A DNA stretch of 64,000 nucleotides from Bdellovibrionales bacterium (GTDB lineage: Bacteria; Bdellovibrionota; UBA1018). Below, in pieces: positions 60,007 through 64,000 of this stretch (its first letter is position 1; each line of letters begins with the position of its first letter). A model generated the notes under the pieces. The model did not search any database. It was not told the DNA's origin and saw only the letters and a list, made by a program, of their open reading frames with translations. The stretch covers positions 14,305 through 78,304 of the forward strand of contig JAFEAP010000029.1 in assembly GCA_018266355.1 (NCBI GenBank), given 5' to 3'. The position numbers and the translations under genes were made by a program.

Positions 60007-60972
60007 GTGCGAGAACCTTGGGATATGTTTTGGATTTTACTCGCCTTCGCCGGCCTGGCGGAAAACGGAAGCGCCGCGGTAATCGAACGCCTCGAAGCCG
60101 CGGTCAATAACCAGATCGTGATGAAATCCGACCTCGATCGGTTCCGGAAAACGATCCCCCTCCGAGCGCAGCTCGACCCGCTCTTCGGGGGCACCACGAT
60201 CGCGAAGGAGGGCGCCAAGGCGTCCGACAAGGACATCCTCGAATTCCTCATCGACGAGAAGATCATCCTCCAGCAGTTCCCGATGACCGACGCCGAAGTC
60301 GAACAAGAAGTGAATTCGATCCAGGCTAACAATCACATCACGCGCGAGCAGCTGAAACAGGCGATCGGAGCCCAAGGGTTTTCGTTCGAAGACTACTTCG
60401 CACTGATTCGCGTCGGCGCGGCGAAACGGAACCTCATCGACCGCGAAATCCGCACGAAGGTCACCGTCTCGGACGACGACGTCCGGAACTACTATTACAA
60501 CACTTACGCGAAGGGTAAGCCCGCGCCGCAAGCCTACCAGGTCGAAATCGTGACCCAGAAAGACCGAAAAAAAATCGAAGCCGCGCTCGCGGCGCTCAAG
60601 AACGGCGCCGCCTTTTCGGACGTCGCGAAGAAGTACTCCGACGACGACTCCGCCTCGACCGGCGGCGAACTCGGCACGCTCACCGAAGATCAAATGAACA
60701 AAGGCATCCGCTCGGAGCTGAAGAAGCTCAAGGTCGGCGAAACGAGCGGCATCCTCGGCACGGCGAAAACACGATTCTTCTTCCTCCGTCTCGCGGGCGT
60801 CAAAACCGCCGACGACCAGCGCATCAAACAGGTCGCCGACCAGATCCGCTCCCAGCTCGCGGGCGGCGAGTACCAGCGCCAACTCGAGCTCTGGCTCGAG
60901 CGCCAGCGCCAACTCGCCTACATCAGGCGCGCCGGCGATCCGCCGATCGCGGGACTCCCGAAAGGGACGTAA
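60007..60972 (+). CDS. surA: SurA-like periplasmic chaperone/PPIase (SurA N-domain plus parvulin domain)
   Basis: N-terminal hydrophobic signal (MFWILLAFAGLA). SurA_N-like region (AAVNNQIVMKSDLDRF). Parvulin domain (FSDVAKKYSDD.SASTGGELG). Followed by pdxA, as in the enterobacterial surA-pdxA linkage. Confidence 0.7.
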   Translation: MREPWDMFWILLAFAGLAENGSAAVIERLEAAVNNQIVMKSDLDRFRKTIPLRAQLDPLFGGTTIAKEGAKASDKDILEFLIDEKIILQQFPMTDAEVEQEVNSIQANNHITREQLKQAIGAQGFSFEDYFALIRVGAAKRNLIDREIRTKVTVSDDDVRNYYYNTYAKGKPAPQAYQVEIVTQKDRKKIEAALAALKNGAAFSDVAKKYSDDDSASTGGELGTLTEDQMNKGIRSELKKLKVGETSGILGTAKTRFFFLRLAGVKTADDQRIKQVADQIRSQLAGGEYQRQLELWLERQRQLAYIRRAGDPPIAGLPKGT

Positions 60973-60975
60973 CCG

Positions 60976-61995
60976 ATGGGCGCGAAGTTAGCCGTCACGC
61001 CGGGCGATCCCGAAGGGATCGGCCCGGAAGTGGTTTGGAAAGCCATCCGTAAAAATCACGCGAAATGGCGTTCGACGGCGCTTCTCTGCGTCGGCGCGCG
61101 CGATCCCTTCGATCGCCTCGGCGCGAAGGTGGTCGTCGCCGATCCGAATCGACTCGTTCCGCCGAAAATGCGCGGCCCGTTCGTATGGCTCCTCGAGGCG
61201 CCCGTCCATTCCGATCCTTCGGTTTTCCTCCCGGGCTATCAGGCCGGGTGGTCGATCGAGACCGCGGCCGAACTCGTGAAGTCCGGCGCGTGCGCGGCGC
61301 TCGTCACCGGTCCGATCCACAAGGAGCGGTTGAACCGCGGCGGATACGCCTACACCGGGCACACCGATTTCCTCGCCGACGTCTGCGCTCCGAAGAAGAA
61401 CGGCGCGAAGCCGGTCGACGTCACGATGATGCTCGCGAACGACAAACTCCGCGTCTCGCTCGTCACGACCCACTGTTCGCTCGCCGCCGTTCCCGGAAAA
61501 CTCCGGCGCGAAAACATCGCGCGCGCGGTGGATCAGACGATCGAATCGCTCCGAGCGTGGTGGGGAATCGCGAAACCGCGGGTCGCGATTTGCGCGCTTA
61601 ATCCGCATGCCGGCGAGTCGGGCCTCTTCGGCCGCGAGGAAATCGAGCTGATCGAACCCGCGATTCGTTCCCTTCGGAAGAAGTGGGGGGCGCGGGCGGA
61701 GATTTCGAACCCGATGCCGGCCGACACGCTCTTCGCGAACCAGCTCGCCGCGAAACCTTCCCAACGCGCCCACGCGGTGGTCGCGATGTACCACGATCAG
61801 GGACTCACTCCGGTGAAGCTGATCGATTTTCCCCACACGGTGAACGTCACGCTCGGACTGCCGATCCTCCGCACCTCGGTCGATCACGGGACCGCGTTCG
61901 ACATCGCCGGAAAGAACCGCGCGGACCCGCGCAGCTTCGAATCGGCGACGAACCTCGCCTTGAAACTCATTCAGAAAAGGAAACTCAAGAAATGA
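60976..61995 (+). CDS. pdxA: 4-hydroxythreonine-4-phosphate dehydrogenase
   Basis: 339 aa; PdxA motifs (AVTPGDPEGIGPEV; GHTDFLA; NPHAGE.G; MYHDQGL; TSVDHGTAFDIAG). Confidence 0.85.
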   Translation: MGAKLAVTPGDPEGIGPEVVWKAIRKNHAKWRSTALLCVGARDPFDRLGAKVVVADPNRLVPPKMRGPFVWLLEAPVHSDPSVFLPGYQAGWSIETAAELVKSGACAALVTGPIHKERLNRGGYAYTGHTDFLADVCAPKKNGAKPVDVTMMLANDKLRVSLVTTHCSLAAVPGKLRRENIARAVDQTIESLRAWWGIAKPRVAICALNPHAGESGLFGREEIELIEPAIRSLRKKWGARAEISNPMPADTLFANQLAAKPSQRAHAVVAMYHDQGLTPVKLIDFPHTVNVTLGLPILRTSVDHGTAFDIAGKNRADPRSFESATNLALKLIQKRKLKK

Positions 61996-63422
61996 CCGCC
62001 TCGAAATGGCCGACCCACATCTTTCGCGAGTACGACATCCGCGGCGTAGCCGGGAAAGACCTGACCCCCGAATTCGCCGAGCACCTCGGCCAGGCCTACG
62101 CCCAATACGTCGCCGGCCGCACGCCCGCGAAGGGGCGGAGCGCGCTCACGATCGCCGTCGGTCGCGATTGCCGCCTCTCCTCGGACGGCCTCGCCGAAGG
62201 CTTGATTCGGGGTTTGACGGCGGGCGGTCTCGACGTCGTCCGGCTCGGAGTCTGTCCGACGCCGCTCACGTACTTTTCGGTCTTCGAGCTCGATCTCGAC
62301 GGCGGCATCATGGTCACCGGCTCGCATAATCCCGCGCCGGATAACGGCTTCAAAATCGGCGTCGGTCGCGACACCATCCACGGCAAGCAGGTCCAGGACA
62401 TCCGCACGATCATGGAAAAACCCGCGGTGAAGGGGTCCCGCGCGGGCACCGTGACCGATTTCGCGCCGATTCCTCCGTACATCGACTACGTCGTGAAGCA
62501 CGCGAAGCCGCTCACGAAGAAAAAGATCGTCCTCGATGCCGGAAACGGCACCGCGAGCACGGTCGCGCCGGAACTTTTCCGCCGTCTCGGCGCCGAGGTG
62601 TTCCCCCTCTACTGCGAGCTCGACGGCCGCTTCCCGAACCACCATCCCGACCCGACGGTTCCGGCAAACCTGAAGGACATGGTCGCGTTGATGAAGAAGG
62701 AAGGCGCGGATTTCGGGATCGCCTTCGACGGCGACTCCGACCGCATCGGGCTCGCCGACGAAACCGGCCGGATCATTTACGGCGACGAGATGATGGTCCT
62801 CTTCGCGCGCGACGTGCTGAAGGTGAACCCGGGCGCGACGATCATCAGCGAAGTGAAGTCGAGCTACCGGCTCTACGACGACATCGCGAAGAAGGGCGGA
62901 AAGCCTCTCATGTGGAAAACAGGCCACTCCCTGATCAAGTCGAAGATGAAGGAAACGAAGGCGCTCCTCGCCGGCGAAATGTCCGGCCACATCTTTTTCG
63001 CCGACCGCTATTTCGGTTTTGACGACGCGATTTACGCCGCTTCCCGCGTGTACGAGATCGCCTGCGCGACGAAAGGTCCCTTTTCGACTGTCCTCGCCGA
63101 CCTCGAACGCACGGTGAACACGCCCGAAATCCGGGTCCTTTGCGAAGAGGAGAAGAAGTTCGGTCTCGTCGAGGGGACGAAGAAACGCCTGACCGCGCTC
63201 GGAAAAGGCACCGTGAACGACATCGACGGCGTCCGAGTCGATTTCGGCGACGGATGGGGCCTCGTTCGGGCTTCGAACACCCAGCCGGTGATCGTCCTCC
63301 GTTTCGAAGCGAAAACCGCCCCGCGCATGAACGAGATCCGCGAGACGGTCGAAGGGGCCCTCCGCGAAACCGCGAAGCAGCTCGGCCATCCCCCGATCGA
63401 CACCTCGGGTGGCGCGCACTGA
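61992..63422 (+). CDS. Phosphomannomutase/phosphoglucomutase (alpha-D-phosphohexomutase family)
   Basis: 476 aa from ATG 61992 (ATGA overlap with pdxA). Active-site Ser loop TGSHNP, metal-binding FDGDSDR, sugar-binding GEMSGH. Confidence 0.85.
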   Translation: MTASKWPTHIFREYDIRGVAGKDLTPEFAEHLGQAYAQYVAGRTPAKGRSALTIAVGRDCRLSSDGLAEGLIRGLTAGGLDVVRLGVCPTPLTYFSVFELDLDGGIMVTGSHNPAPDNGFKIGVGRDTIHGKQVQDIRTIMEKPAVKGSRAGTVTDFAPIPPYIDYVVKHAKPLTKKKIVLDAGNGTASTVAPELFRRLGAEVFPLYCELDGRFPNHHPDPTVPANLKDMVALMKKEGADFGIAFDGDSDRIGLADETGRIIYGDEMMVLFARDVLKVNPGATIISEVKSSYRLYDDIAKKGGKPLMWKTGHSLIKSKMKETKALLAGEMSGHIFFADRYFGFDDAIYAASRVYEIACATKGPFSTVLADLERTVNTPEIRVLCEEEKKFGLVEGTKKRLTALGKGTVNDIDGVRVDFGDGWGLVRASNTQPVIVLRFEAKTAPRMNEIRETVEGALRETAKQLGHPPIDTSGGAH

Positions 63423-63464
63423 TCGGAAAACGGATCGAAAACGTGATAAGGTAGTCCCCCGGCA

Positions 63465-64000
63465 TGGAGTCCACCGAAACCCCGAAAAAAACGCGCGCGC
63501 CTAGAAAGGGCACCCCCGCGCCGACGGAGACCGCCCGGTTGCCCGACGAGGCGATCGTGGTCCGCGGCGCTCGCGCGCATAACTTGAAGAACCTCTCGGT
63601 CACGATCCCGCGCGACACGCTCACCGTCGTCACGGGCCTCTCCGGGTCCGGGAAGTCGAGCCTCGCATTCGACACCATCTACGCCGAAGGGCAGCGTCGC
63701 TACGTCGAGAGTCTTTCCGCGTACGCCCGCCAGTTCCTGGAGCAGGTGGGAAAACCCGAAGTCGATTTGATCGAGGGGCTCTCTCCGACGATCTCGATCG
63801 AACAGAAAACCGTCGGCTATAACCCGCGCTCGACCGTCGGCACGGTGACCGAGCTTTGGGACTACCTCCGCCTGCTCTACGCACGCGTCGGAAAGCCGTA
63901 CTGCTATAACTGCGGAAAACCGATCAAGTCCCAATCCCCGCAGCAGATCACCGACCAAGTCCTCGGCAATCCCGAGAACACGAAGCTCGCGATCCTCGCG
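63465..64000 (+). CDS. uvrA: Excinuclease ABC subunit A, N-terminal portion; continues beyond the window
   Basis: From ATG 63465: ...[62 protein letters not shown]... and the zinc-finger Cys (CYNCG). Confidence 0.85.

Overview
High-GC (~65%) bacterial chromosome segment, densely coding, with many ATGA-type overlaps that suggest translational coupling. Gene order from the start of the window: (i) a truncated dcw cell-wall/division cluster, ftsI(3' part)-murE-[coiled-coil protein where murF normally sits]-mraY-murD-ftsW-murG-murC-murB, followed directly by a pilT-like ATPase rather than ddl-ftsQAZ; (ii) a stress neighbourhood of a degenerate HtpX/M48-like membrane protein, a DUF1844-like small protein, htrA/degP, clpB with a sigma32-like promoter, and spoVG fused by overlap to an unknown secreted protein; (iii) a complete urate-to-glyoxylate purine catabolism operon on the minus strand, puuD-allB-alc-uraD-uraH, with a divergent allA; (iv) a secreted two-HKD phospholipase-D-family protein and an unknown secreted protein next to tRNA-Ser(UGA), which carries a 20-bp direct repeat of its own 3' end 154 bp away, and serS; (v) a large TPR protein; (vi) a canonical 14-gene nuoA-N complex I operon on the minus strand; (vii) immediately upstream on the same strand, a second, highly diverged 11-gene complex-I-like cluster (A,B,C,D,H,I,J,K,L,M,N homologues, no E/F/G NADH-dehydrogenase module) separated from it by a near-consensus sigma70 promoter; (viii) mfd, two parvulin-type PPIases (SurA-like) flanking a lipoprotein, pdxA, a phosphomannomutase/phosphoglucomutase and the start of uvrA. 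The 11-subunit complex-I-like cluster is the most interesting candidate for an uncharacterised system. Secondary candidates are the coiled-coil insert in the dcw cluster, the spoVG-coupled secreted protein and the pair of secreted lipid-directed enzymes by the tRNA. All functional calls rest on recognising motifs in the supplied translations; no database search was possible.
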